Below are positions 1 through 11,831 of a stretch of DNA of 64,000 nucleotides, piece by piece; positions within the stretch are counted from its first letter, which is position 1; each line of letters opens with the position of its first letter. The position numbers and the translations under genes were made by a program. Below the pieces are notes generated by a model. It was not told where the DNA came from. It ran no database searches and saw only the letters and a list, made by a program, of their open reading frames with translations. Origin of the DNA: a cyanobacterium endosymbiont of Rhopalodia gibba (GTDB lineage Bacteria > Cyanobacteriota > Cyanobacteriia > Cyanobacteriales > Microcystaceae); contig CP067995.1 in NCBI GenBank assembly GCA_045159875.1, positions 2,720,001-2,784,000 of the forward strand, read 5' to 3'.

Positions 1-1
1 A

Positions 2-805
2 ATAGACAAAGTAATTGTTATTGATCAATCTCCCATTGGCAGAACACCCCGATCCAATCCTGCTACTTATACAGGAGTTCTTGATAGTATTAGAGAGCTT
101 TTTTCCCAAACCATTGAAGCAAAAGCCAGAGGATACAAACAAGGTCAATTTTCTTTTAATATAAAAGGGGGGAGGTGTGAAATGTGTGGCGGTCAGGGAG
201 TTAACGTTATTGAGATGAATTTTCTTCCTAACGTTTATGTTAAGTGTGAGGTTTGCAAAGGAACAAGATACAATCGAGAGACCCTACAAGTTAAGTATAA
301 AGATTATTCTATTGCTGATGTTTTAAACATGACAATTGAAGAAGCGTTAGGCGTTTTTCAAAATATTCCTAAAGCTATGAAAAGACTACAAACCTTAGTT
401 GATGTTGGGTTAGGGTATATTAAATTAGGGCAGTCTGCACCGACCCTATCGGGAGGAGAAGCACAACGGGTTAAATTAGCATCAGAATTGTCTAGAAGGG
501 CAACTGGAAAAACCCTCTATCTGATTGACGAACCAACGACAGGACTATCATTCTATGATGTTCATCATCTATTGAATGTGTTGCAATGTTTAGTGGATAA
601 AGGAAATTCCATATTAGTGATTGAGCATAATTTAGATGTGATACGTTGTGCGGATTGGGTTATTGATTTGGGTCCAGAAGGAGGGGATAAAGGAGGAGAA
701 ATCATTGCTCTAGGAACTCCAGAACAAGTTGCTAGTAGTTTTACTTCTTACACAGGAAAATATTTAAAACAAACTTTACAAGAATACCAGGTACGAAAGT
801 CTTAA
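2..805 (+). CDS. uvrA: Excinuclease ABC subunit A, C-terminal part (gene begins before the window)
   Basis: Frame is open from base 2 ([25 protein letters not shown]). It contains the zinc-finger CxxC pairs, the [11 protein letters not shown] signature, the [11 protein letters not shown]alker B and IEHNLDVI. Confidence 0.97.
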   Translation: MDKVIVIDQSPIGRTPRSNPATYTGVLDSIRELFSQTIEAKARGYKQGQFSFNIKGGRCEMCGGQGVNVIEMNFLPNVYVKCEVCKGTRYNRETLQVKYKDYSIADVLNMTIEEALGVFQNIPKAMKRLQTLVDVGLGYIKLGQSAPTLSGGEAQRVKLASELSRRATGKTLYLIDEPTTGLSFYDVHHLLNVLQCLVDKGNSILVIEHNLDVIRCADWVIDLGPEGGDKGGEIIALGTPEQVASSFTSYTGKYLKQTLQEYQVRKS

Positions 806-823
806 ATTAAATAATTAAGTATT

Positions 824-845
824 TACTGAACTTAGGACGGTAAAT
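824..845 (+). repeat. Left-end fragment of a dispersed ~160-bp element
   Basis: tactgaacttaggacggtaaa resembles taccaaacttaggacagtaaa (16471) and gaccaaacttaggatagtcaaa (41008). Confidence 0.55.
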
Positions 846-849
846 ATCC

Positions 850-1135
850 AGAGTCTGACTATGCTACGAATCAACAAGTCAAGGACAAGTACGCCCACGA
901 CATCAGCTATTATCTCTGCATGGTTACTGTTTAATTATCGGTAAAATTGGCCCTATGGACGATTACCTTGTTGCTATAATCGATGAAATCAACCGCACTT
1001 TTGAGCTGATCGCTAAGTCGGTACATTGAAGCTCTAAGGTATATTAAAGTTAACCACAGTTTTATCTAGAGAAGCTAGTTTCTACACTAACTCCTAAGGT
1101 CTTGTTATTTCTAATTGTTAAATTACACTCTCTAG
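850..1135 (+). pseudogene. cpcA: Phycocyanin alpha subunit remnant (3' half only, frameshifted)
   Basis: Translated pieces [44 protein letters not shown] and [12 protein letters not shown] match CpcA (KDKCARDIGYYLRMVT...[18 protein letters not shown]...YIEALKYIKANH). Confidence 0.92.
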
Positions 1136-1149
1136 AAAAATTTTCTAAT

Positions 1150-1943
1150 AGCAAAGATAATCGTGCTCATACTGTCGAACAAGGGCTAAAAAATTTATAG
1201 CAAACTTATCAAACCCAGTGCGCGTTACTATAGTGCTTGGTTATTACCCAGTTTCGAGTTAGTGACGCAATGGCTGTTAAGGCTTTGTTGACCACTTTTT
1301 TGAAGGTAATTATAATTACCCGCTTAGACGTAGTACTGCCATAGCTCTAGAAAAATTGGGCGATCACCGAGATATGACCTTATCAATCAAAACCCTTGAT
1401 TGTTCAAACTACGACACTTAGAGAGCCTATCACCCAGATGTTGAAAATGCCGGAGTATAAGAAATCGGTGAATCTCTGAGTTAAGTTGTTAAACAGCACA
1501 ATAGAAGCGATCTCAAAAGTAAAAAGAAAACTTCATCCAATCAAACTCTACGAAGCCATTATTGAAGCTTGAGAGACCTTACAGGCTAAGTCGGTGTTAT
1601 TGTCAATTAAGCTCTTTTTAGAGGTTTTTTATGACAAAAGTCTTATATGTCTGTCGCAGGAAAAATTATCTATTAGTTGATAAAAAAAGCAATTTATGTT
1701 GTTAGATAGGTGGGACTTTGACTAGGGAAAGGATTAACAGTGACGTTATTTAGCCATGATCGATTCAGGGACTATTGGTTATGTGGAAGGAACTTGAGGT
1801 GACTACCTATACGTTCAGCAGAAAATAGACCAAAATCACCTGCTCTTGAGTAATTTTTGAAACAAAATTTGTCTAAGTAATTTTCTCTCAGAGAGGTTAA
1901 TCTACCGACAGCGTTAGAGTGATGGGGTTAGTATTGATAGCCT
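1150..1943 (+). pseudogene. cpcE: Phycocyanin alpha-subunit phycocyanobilin lyase CpcE remnant
   Basis: Fragments TVEQGLKNL*Q, PSARYYSAW, NYPLRRSTAIALEKLGDHR, LYEAIIEA*ETLQAK, AMIDSGTIGYV and DSVRVMGL follow the CpcE HEAT-repeat order. Many stops and frameshifts. Confidence 0.85.
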
Positions 1944-2010
1944 TAACCAAAAGGATGATTAAAGAAATTCGCTCTTCTAGAGCGAATTTCTTTAATCATC
2001 CTTTTGGTTA
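1944..2010. terminator. Perfect 32-bp inverted repeat with 3-nt loop, between converging cpcE remnant and ado
   Basis: taaccaaaaggatgattaaagaaattcgctct-tct-agagcgaatttctttaatcatccttttggtta. Confidence 0.75.
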
Positions 2011-2042
2011 GAAATCTTTTTAAGATTACGTAACAAAGTGTT

Positions 2043-2738
2043 CTAAGCTGCTTTTAAGCCATAGGAAGACATTTGCACGATATCACGGGTGCTAAAGCCA
2101 ATACTACTTAATGCTTCTCCATAACTAATCATAAAGTCTTCAACTAATGCTTCTTTTTCCATTCCTAAAACTTCTGCATCGTCTTTAACTTGATTAAGCA
2201 TTGTCCAAACGATAGGTAAATTGCCTTTGTTAGCTTCTTCTAATTCCGCTTTTGATGTTTCAAAATTCTTTTGAAGCCAGACCTCACCAAAATTTAAATG
2301 AACATATTCATCTTTAACCACTCTTTCGGTAATTTTTCGGGCAAAGGGGTCAGCAACAGGAATGTAAATATTATAAGCAGCAATAGCAAAAGCTTCGATA
2401 ATCAAAGATTGAATTAACAAGCAAGTAACAATCTTTTCTTGGGCTTTGGCTTGTTGGAAGTTTCTATTGAGTTGGGCAAAAAATTTTTGAGCATACTCCA
2501 TATCAGGAGTAACACTCAAATTCTTCCCACAGGACTGAAAACCTTTCTTGTGACGGTTTTCCATCTTAGCAAGACGGATTAACTCATCTTTATGATCAGG
2601 TAACATTTGAGCTATATCTATATAATTCTGATACGCCTCTTCTTCGCCTTTAATAACGATGGCATTAATGCGACTGTAGGCGTCCTTGTAGGTTTCGCTG
2701 TTGAACTCAAGCTCTGAGCGTGTGGCAAGCTCTTGCAT
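2043..2738 (-). CDS. ado: Aldehyde-deformylating oxygenase (alkane biosynthesis)
   Basis: [14 protein letters not shown]32, ENRH, LIIE and DEYVH di-iron ligand motifs; 231 aa; GGAG-type RBS upstream. Confidence 0.96.
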   Translation of the reverse strand: MQELATRSELEFNSETYKDAYSRINAIVIKGEEEAYQNYIDIAQMLPDHKDELIRLAKMENRHKKGFQSCGKNLSVTPDMEYAQKFFAQLNRNFQQAKAQEKIVTCLLIQSLIIEAFAIAAYNIYIPVADPFARKITERVVKDEYVHLNFGEVWLQKNFETSKAELEEANKGNLPIVWTMLNQVKDDAEVLGMEKEALVEDFMISYGEALSSIGFSTRDIVQMSSYGLKAA

Positions 2739-2792
2739 AAGATAGTTTATCTCCTGTGGATTATCAACTGAGTTTACGGGTTAAAGTGGTGT

Positions 2793-2950
2793 CCTTATGA
2801 AAATTAAGACTCTTGATCTTGATGGTTAAGTTTAACTTGAACTATTCTCCATAATACCTTATGAAAATTAAGACTCCTGGTGCTTAAGTCTAACTTGACT
2901 ATTCTCCATTAAAGAAGAAGGCAGCTTTGAAAGAAGAAAGTAGCTTTAAA
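2793..2950. repeat. Two adjacent tandem duplications upstream of ado
   Basis: ccttatgaaaattaagactc...ttaagt.taacttga.ctattctccat at 2793 and 2857. Then aaagaagaaggcagctttga / aagaagaaagtagctttaaa at 2911-2950. Confidence 0.85.
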
Positions 2951-3505
2951 TAAACGTTAAAAAATAAATTATTTTATGTTGCTAAATAAGTGAACTTAAA
3001 TAAGTACAGAATAGAATAAGTAATTAAAATAGATCGCTCACCATAGACCAGTTTTTCTATAAAAAATAGCTAACAGAATGAAAAAAGCAAGAACTATTAA
3101 AATTAACTTGTAACTCGAAGTTTCTCCCAGAACAAGAATAAAAATACAGATCTTATGTTGGAAGACCAATAAAAAGTTAAAAATGTTGCAGACTGTGCAA
3201 ATCTATCAGAAGATTCAATACAAGAAAAAAATATACATAAATTATTGAAGTAAAGTATAAAAAGTATTATATCTTACTTTTTCGATAAGTGGAAGAAAAA
3301 AAATGGTTAAACAAAACATAAAGTATATAAAATAAATCATTATACAAGAATAGAAATATAATAAATAGCAACCATTTAAAAATTAAAAAAATAGAGAAAA
3401 ATAAGATTATTTTTTAAAGCAATCCATGATATGGTAGTTTTCAACTATCTAGAAATAAAAGGGTTTATTCAAAAATAAACTTTCTACATTTTCAAAGATT
3501 AAAAA

Positions 3506-3541
3506 ATAAATTTTAAAAAAATATATTTTTTTAAAATTTAT
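3506..3541. repeat. Perfect 36-bp AT-only palindrome
   Basis: ataaattttaaaaaaata|tatttttttaaaatttat. Confidence 0.8.
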
Positions 3542-4739
3542 AAAATTAAAAGGCTAATTTATTGACATAAAGCATAGTTTTATCTATGGAATTTAATCAG
3601 TCGTATCTCTAGACAAGTCAAAATACAATAAGTTATTTTACAGAGTAAAAAAGAGACTAATTAAGTCTAATAATTATAGAAAAACTAAATATAACTACTA
3701 ATTATTATAGATTAATATATAGCTTTCTAATTAACTTATAAAAAAATATATAAAAAAAAGATAAATATTTTAAGAATAGATAAGAAATAAAAAAGAAATA
3801 CAGTGATTATTATTGGCTCATTGGCGATCAATTAGCTTGTATAATTATGCTAATTAACAAAATTTGAGATAATTTAAAAAAAATATATTTTGACTAGCTC
3901 ATAATTCAGTTCTAAATATAATAGAAGGAAAAGATGTTTAAATAAAAAAATAAAAAATATTTAAATATAAATATGATTTAGCCAATAGAATTAAACGATT
4001 TTTTATTTAAAAAGTTACTTTAATTACTTCAATATAAAGATACATGACAATCTATATTTTAATGTTTTTTTAAAGTTTTAAGGTAGTTAAATATAAATAA
4101 GCAACACTATGTTAAAACTTATTAATAAGATAGATAAACCGTAAACTTATCCTGAAATTTTTATAAAATTTCTAGCTTAAAAAGTTCAAATAAAGCTCAA
4201 GAGTAGTAGAGACGTTAATTATCGTAAATTTGACACTTATTTTTAACCTAGTCGAATAAAATCCAAACTTTTCTATTTAGTTTTTCTTGAATTAACTCCC
4301 TTATTTGTTCCATAGATGAATTGTTATGCGAACTGTCTAGAAAACCCATTTTTTTAAACAAATAATTTTCTCCACCTTCCACCCCAGTACTAACAATCTA
4401 AATTATACTAGCCCTATCTTTTATTTTTCGAGGGACTTGTTGAACTTTGTTTAAACCGAATAATGTTCTTTCCTGCTCCGATTTAAGAAATACTCTTAAA
4501 CGAGAAGATGAAATTAGTTTAGCAGAGTTCTTATGGCTAACTCTTTTAACACACTTTGTAGTCTGTTTATGGTAGTTGCTTTTAAAGCTTTAACATATCC
4601 TAATGTAGTGCTGTTTATTTATGTCTAACCACTGACTGTAGTGCATCATGAGAGATATATTTTCAGTTTTAGGAAGCTTTTATCGTTAGAATTGTTAGAT
4701 TATATTGATAATTAATCAGTGGTAGTGTGAGGAAACACC

Positions 4740-6179
4740 ATGAAAAAGACGCTCTTTCTAAGTCCCCCTTCCTTTGATGGTTTTGATGGAGGTGCAGGAG
4801 CAAGATATCAAGCAAAACGTGAAATTACCTCTTTTTGGTATCCGACTTGGTTGGCACAACCAGCAGCATTAGTTCCTGGTAGTAAACTAGTAGATGCTCC
4901 TGCTCATTATCAAACGATAGAGGATGTTCTTAAAATTGCTAAAGACTATGAACTGGTTATTATGTATACCAGTACCCCCACCCTTCTTAATGATGTAAAA
5001 TGCGCTCAGGCCATTAAAGACCAAAATCCTGACACTCAAATTGGTTTATTAGGGGCACACGTGGCGGTTTTACCGACCAAAACTCTCGAAGAAAATCCAA
5101 TTCTTGATTTTGTTTGTCGCAATGAATTTGATTACACTTGTCAGGAATTAGCTGAAGGAAAGCCCTACGACCAGATTAAGGGACTCAGTTACCGTGATCA
5201 ACAAGGAAATATTAAACATACTGAAGAACGGGAATTAATTCACAATTGGGATTCAATGCCCAGTGTTTTCCCTGTTTATGCAGATAATCTTAATATTCAC
5301 AACTATTTTATTGGTTATCTACTTAATCCCTACATTTCTTTGTACACAGGTCGCGGTTGTCCCGCAAAATGTACGTTTTGTCTGTGGCCACAAACTATCG
5401 GAGGACATCAATATCGTGCCAAAAGTCCTGAAGTGGTAGAAAAGGAAATGACGTTAGCCAAATCTCTTTGGGGAAATTCTATTCGGGAATATTTCTTTGA
5501 TGATGATACTTTTACTATTGATAAAAACCGGGTTATTGCTATTAGTGAATATCTCAAAAAACTAAAATTAACTTGGAGTTGTAATGCTCGTGCAAACTTA
5601 GATTACAATACTTTAAAAACTCTGCGAAACAATGGATTAAGATTACTTTTAGTTGGCTTTGAATCAGGAAATCAAAAAGTACTTGATGGAGTAAAAAAAG
5701 GGATTAAACTTGAAGTTGCCCGTAAGTTTATGGCTAACTGTAATAAACTTGGAATCAAAGTTCACGGGGCGTTTATTATCGGTTTACCCAATGAAAGTAG
5801 GGAAACCATTGAAGAGACTATCCGCTTTGCTTGTGAGGTGAGTCCCCACACCATTCAAGTGTCTATTGCTTCGCCCTATCCCGGGACAGAACTATATCAA
5901 CAAGCGTTAGATAATGGTTGGTTTACCAATGGAAATTTAGTAGCAACTTCTGGCATTCAAATGTCCACGTTGCAATATCCTAATCTATCGGCAGCAGAAA
6001 TTGAAGATGCAGTTGAACAGATGTATCGTCGCTTTTATTTCCGTCCTGGGGCAATTATTCCTATCGTTAAAGAAATGTTAGTTGATCCCCAGATGTTAGT
6101 GCGTCGTTTACGAGAAGGACGGGAATTTATGGCTTATTTAAATGAACGTCATAACCGAACTTTAGTTAACGCTTCTTAA
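4740..6179 (+). CDS. hpnJ: Hopanoid biosynthesis-associated radical SAM protein HpnJ
   Basis: N-terminus TLFLSPPSFDGFDGGAGARYQAKREITSFWYPTWLAQPAA is typical of HpnJ. Has a B12-binding-like domain, the CPAKCTFC radical SAM motif and a GAGG RBS. Confidence 0.92.
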   Translation: MKKTLFLSPPSFDGFDGGAGARYQAKREITSFWYPTWLAQPAALVPGSKLVDAPAHYQTIEDVLKIAKDYELVIMYTSTPTLLNDVKCAQAIKDQNPDTQIGLLGAHVAVLPTKTLEENPILDFVCRNEFDYTCQELAEGKPYDQIKGLSYRDQQGNIKHTEERELIHNWDSMPSVFPVYADNLNIHNYFIGYLLNPYISLYTGRGCPAKCTFCLWPQTIGGHQYRAKSPEVVEKEMTLAKSLWGNSIREYFFDDDTFTIDKNRVIAISEYLKKLKLTWSCNARANLDYNTLKTLRNNGLRLLLVGFESGNQKVLDGVKKGIKLEVARKFMANCNKLGIKVHGAFIIGLPNESRETIEETIRFACEVSPHTIQVSIASPYPGTELYQQALDNGWFTNGNLVATSGIQMSTLQYPNLSAAEIEDAVEQMYRRFYFRPGAIIPIVKEMLVDPQMLVRRLREGREFMAYLNERHNRTLVNAS

Positions 6180-6196
6180 TTAAACTTAGGGCTTTT

Positions 6197-6238
6197 AATC
6201 AAAAGTAATGTGCGATTAATCGCACATTACTTTTGATT
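6197..6238. terminator. Perfect 42-bp palindrome just after the hpnJ stop
   Basis: aatcaaaagtaatgtgcgatt|aatcgcacattacttttgatt. Confidence 0.75.
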
Positions 6239-7445
6239 CTACAAAACTTGTTATCCTAGGGAATAAAAAAAATTCATGAAAAATGAATAATAAGTTTATA
6301 CTTTATCCAAATTAACTCAAGGCTTCTTCAATGAGACAATTCATCTGTTTATTGTCGATATCAGATAATAAAAGATTAGGATAAATTGCTGTTTTTTTGA
6401 GTGGATGATTTAAAGATTGACAACCATTGTTAGTATCATTAACCATAAAATATAGCAATTCCTGAACAACACAGACAACATTAAAAGTAATTTTACCTGA
6501 TGCAGAGTTAATCGGCTTTCCCTCTTGAGGATCGATAACTTCAATTAAACATTTTTTCCTTTAATCAACTGATCGAATATTCTCTCCTAATTTCAAAAAA
6601 ATTTTAAAAAATCGCTATTTTTCTTTCCTAAACTTGTTAATTAGGTTTTCTTAGAGACATTTAAGCTTCTAATAAAATAATGACTATTGTTTGAGGATAA
6701 AATCTGTACTCTGGGAACAATCTCGAGTAGCTTTCAATAAGAAACCTGGTTGGCGGTTGAATATAAATCTCGATGAAAAGTTGAGTTGCTTGTTGATAAC
6801 TAATAATAGGTTGATTGGGTAACATTAAATCTAACTACCAAAAATAGCTATCTCCAAGAGTTGCAAATACACAGCAACTATTTTAAAATTGTCTAGGTTG
6901 ACCATGGTTAAGTGATTGCCCAATTTTGCCAGATAATCTTATCTCAAATAACCTTATATTATTTTTTTCCCTAAAAAGAAAGCTTAATATAAGATAAATA
7001 TTATTGCCACTTTATACTTATGCGAGTATCCCTTTGGAAGAGAAATTAGTCAGCTATCTAAAGGCTAGTAGTAACGTTGCTCTTGTCTTTAAAGGGATTG
7101 ATAGACTATAACCCTTAATTTCCAGGTACTTTCTACGTATTAGGTCTAATCTTTTGTTCTGCTGCTATTAGCTACTAATTGAGCACTAATTATCATTTTT
7201 TATATCAGCTGACAAAAGACCTGTAAGTTCATGCCTAGTAGGTTAATAATTGCTTTGGATGTTATTGTTTTGCTGTTACTCTTAAATTGTTAAAGTAATG
7301 GCACTAAAAATAGATATAAAAGTTGTAATTGAAGGCGATGATATAGTCAAACAACGGTAACATAAAAAAACATCAGATCGAATTCCATCACTCACACTAT
7401 GGCGTAAAATTGAATCTATACGCAACTTTTTCTTAGATTTTGTTT

Positions 7446-7670
7446 ATGTCAATTCCTCCTGCAACCGATATTTGGAAATATAAACCTTGGTGGTGTCAAC
7501 CCTGGACAGTTCTTTTGACAGGAACAGGGGTAATTCTTGGAAGTTGGTTACTATTTCATATAATTTGGCTGACGACTATGACCTCGCTTTCCATTTTGGT
7601 ATGGTGGTTCTATTTCCTGATTTTTATTCCTCATTTATTTAAACAGCAAAGTCTCAATCGAAAACAATAA
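7446..7670 (+). CDS. Small conserved cyanobacterial membrane protein (DUF6737-like)
   Basis: WKYKPWWCQPW motif followed by two hydrophobic segments. ATG at 7446 preferred over TTG at 7440. Confidence 0.75.
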   Translation: MSIPPATDIWKYKPWWCQPWTVLLTGTGVILGSWLLFHIIWLTTMTSLSILVWWFYFLIFIPHLFKQQSLNRKQ

Positions 7671-9456
7671 TTTTTTATTATTGCTTAATCTTAACGACAG
7701 AATAAGATAAATAATATTTACTCTAACCTTAGAATTATCGAAAATGATTATATCTTTTTTGGATTATTATGAATCTTCTAAAAACAAGATTTTTATATTG
7801 TAAAAGTCACTAAGTCTTCTTTTATCAAGGCTATAAGTTTATCTCCCTGAAAAGAAACTATTATATTTCTTTTAAATGAGAAATAGACTTCTGATTCATC
7901 TTAAGTACAAGGAAATCCTGGCACTTATTTTATCTACATTTGTCTGCTAAAGATTTCTAACTCTTAAAGGCGTTCTTGACTATATGTACATTTAATTTTT
8001 ATTATTTTAGAGTTAACTTGTCGTCCAATCTAGAGTAATTTATAACGTACAAATAGACCTAACTAAATCATCTGTAATTTTTTATTAAGTAAGAAAGTTT
8101 CTAGTCTAGAGTCAGTTCCGACTGGAGTTAGTATTATATGACTAATAAGTTCTCTGTTGTTATGAGACCTTTATCATTGGCAATATTGTAAGTATTTTAG
8201 AAGTATCTTAAATGTAAGTGTAAAATAAAAAAAATTAATCCTATCTGGAGGAAAAATTAGGATATCCTAATTTTCATAATTTGCTATCAGTGCCAATTAA
8301 CTGCGTTTAATTTATCAATCTTTCAGATTTTATCGTTACTGTTAACTCATTAAAAATTTCTAATGAATAAGGTAGAATAACTAAAGAGTTTGCATTTTAT
8401 TCTTGTCAATCCTAGAAAAAACTAGAAAATACTTGCGTGAGATTTGACAAAAATTTTATTCTATTGACTGATGGAGTTGAATTTTCTTGTTTATTAAGAA
8501 TTTCTTTGATCTAATACTTTTAGACCTCATTTTGATCATCAAAGATTCTATGCCATCAGAAGAGCTTTTACCTTAACAACTATTGATCGATAACAAGATA
8601 GATAGCAAACAATTAATATATATGCAATTTTTTTACTAATGTAATTTTTATATTTACTAGGATAAAAGCTAATTTTAAGAGCAATTTCTATAAATAAACT
8701 TACCTTATCCTTCAATCATTAATAGTCAAGTTTTATACAGTGGTTACACATAATTTACTTTCACAAGTTAAACTGAATTACGAAGTTTTTAACTATACTA
8801 AGAACCAAAAAATAATAATTTTTTTCAAAAAAAATAAATGTACTAGTTTTTAGATACATTGATATTTTTAAATTAAAAATTTATGAAAAAATTTACTTTG
8901 TATCAAAAAGAATATATGTTTGTAATGGACCTAACTCTATGTTTAAACCCAAGTCTTATATTTCTCCTGTAGAAAGAGGCGGAATGTCAAATGGTATCTA
9001 TTTCAACAATAGAAAAGTTATTTATAAAAATTGATGAATTTAAACTTGCGGACTTGCATATTAGATATTTTTATGGAAAAAGTTATCAGAATTGAAGTCT
9101 AAAAATTATGCCAGCACTAATATTGTTACTCATGGTGATAAACCATGACCTTTATATGAAATTGGTTTACCTTATAAAATAAATCACTCAAGATTTAGAC
9201 ATTAGACACTTTAGGGAAATGGGACTTTAAAAGGACAAACAAGCAAGTCAATGACAGACCATCCCAAATCAGATAATGCTACGGGATAATTGCATTTTCA
9301 TCATTATTCTTTCTTTAATATTTTTTATTTACATCATTATGTTGCTAATGCTTAAAGAAAAACTATTCTCGAATCTTCCATTGAAATTTCTAAACCTAAG
9401 ATGTTTCACAATATGGCAATAACTAAAAATCATACTGTGACTTAAGATAGTTCAAG

Positions 9457-9528
9457 AGCCTTTGACGAGGATTGAACTCGTGACCTCACCCTTACCAAGG
9501 GTGTGCTCTACCACTGAGCTACAAAGGC
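9457..9528 (-). tRNA. trnT: tRNA-Thr(GGU)
   Basis: Reverse complement GCCTTTGTAGCTCAGTGGTAGAGCACACCCTTGGTAAGGGTGAGGTCACGAGTTCAATCCTCGTCAAAGGCT; anticodon GGT; CCA not encoded. Confidence 0.97.
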
Positions 9529-9612
9529 AACATCTAGATTCCTCAAAAACTCCCACTTCTTCCCCTACATAGGATAGGATTTGTGGAGAATAGAGAACCT
9601 TAAAAAGTATCG

Positions 9613-9697
9613 TGGTGGGCCGAGCTGGATTTGAACCAGCGTAGGCATAGCCAGCGGATTTACAGTCCGCCCCCATTAACCACTCGGGCATCGACCC
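9613..9697 (-). tRNA. trnY: tRNA-Tyr(GUA)
   Basis: Reverse complement GGGTCGATGCCCGAGTGGTTAATGGGGGCGGACTGTAAATCCGC...GGTTCAAATCCAGCTCGGCCCACCA; long variable arm; CCA encoded. Forms the usual Tyr-Thr pair. Confidence 0.97.
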
Positions 9698-9765
9698 ACT
9701 TGCACCACGGACAACTATCTTAGCACAGCTATTTTCAACATGCAATGTTTTTTCAGAAAGTTTAT

Positions 9766-10920
<1,155 letters not shown>

Positions 10921-11011
10921 TCAGAAATAGTATATATGTTTTAAATACCTTAAGAGTCGTTTAGACCAATTGAAAAAATGATGGATAATCCAATCATTAA
11001 TTTAGGTTAAT

Positions 11012-11149
11012 TTAAGCAATATAGGCGACTTTGAAGGCCCACAAAATTAATCCTATAATTGCTCCAAGAACTAAGAAGCTAGAAATAGCAACGAGAACGG
11101 GCTTATCGGCTCCATTGAACTTCATAATGCCGCGATTAAGGTCTGACAT
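11012..11149 (-). CDS. ndhQ: NDH-1L complex small subunit NdhQ (45 aa; below the ORF-track cutoff)
   Basis: Translates MSDLNRGIMKFNGADKPVLVAISSFLVLGAIIGLILWAFKVAYIA*. This matches the NdhQ pattern (D.NRGIMKF.GAD.P, one TM helix, WAL..AY). Confidence 0.88.
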   Translation of the reverse strand: MSDLNRGIMKFNGADKPVLVAISSFLVLGAIIGLILWAFKVAYIA

Positions 11150-11312
11150 TGAGCTTGGCTCCTGGCTTAAAATTGAACAGGTTAGAAAAGTAACTCTACC
11201 CCTAATAGATTAGCGAAGATTTGACTAGAGTGGGCTAAAAAATTATGACAAAGATCTTTTCGAAACGGTTAGGCAACAGGATATATTAATTAAACAAAAC
11301 TCCGAGGGATTT

Positions 11313-11729
11313 ATGAATTGGTCAGTTAGTGCCATTGTTCTCTATTCGATTTTTGTCGCGTCAATCTTGATTTATGTTCCCTTTTTGGCGCTAGGATATG
11401 CCCGCTTCCAAATTGGATATAATCGCTTTACTCCTCGTGCTATGTTCAAAGAATTACCTCCTTATGGTCAACGAGCTACCTGGGCTCATCAGAATGCTTT
11501 CGAAACTTTTATGATTTATGCTAGTGCAGCATCAATGGCTTATGTAACGGGAGTAGATTCAGCTTTAGCTAGTTATGCGGCCATTACGTTTGGGGTAGCA
11601 CGTTTATTGTATTCTTTTTTTTACATTGTCAATTTGCCTTTGGGGAGATCACTGATGTTTGCTACAGGCCAACTGTGCACTTATTGTTTATTTGTCTTGA
11701 GTTTTCTTAAAATTCAATCGATAGTTTAA
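11313..11729 (+). CDS. MAPEG family membrane protein
   Basis: PRAMFKELPPYGQRATWAHQNAFETF motif; four hydrophobic segments. Confidence 0.88.
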   Translation: MNWSVSAIVLYSIFVASILIYVPFLALGYARFQIGYNRFTPRAMFKELPPYGQRATWAHQNAFETFMIYASAASMAYVTGVDSALASYAAITFGVARLLYSFFYIVNLPLGRSLMFATGQLCTYCLFVLSFLKIQSIV

Positions 11730-11831
11730 TAACTGTATTTTTTATGGGATACTATCACGTAAAGTTATTAGCCAAGAGACTAATGTAGGAGTTAACAGTT
11801 GTTGACCCCTACTGAGTGACTTAATGCTCAT

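Noticed and set aside
2043..2738. Absence of aar next to ado as a sign of pathway loss
   Set aside because: ado and aar are unlinked in several unicellular diazotrophic cyanobacteria, so the window cannot show loss.
6290..7390. Possible minus-strand TPR-like gene remnant (QPIISYQQATQ)
   Set aside because: Too degraded to name with support.
8880..9420. Gene-like remnant (VTHGDKP*PLYEIGLP)
   Set aside because: Looks like decayed coding DNA but I cannot identify the family.
9452..9745. 97-aa minus-strand ORF in the track
   Set aside because: It overlaps tRNA-Tyr and tRNA-Thr entirely; chance frame.
11031..11213. 60-aa plus-strand ORF
   Set aside because: Antisense shadow of ndhQ.
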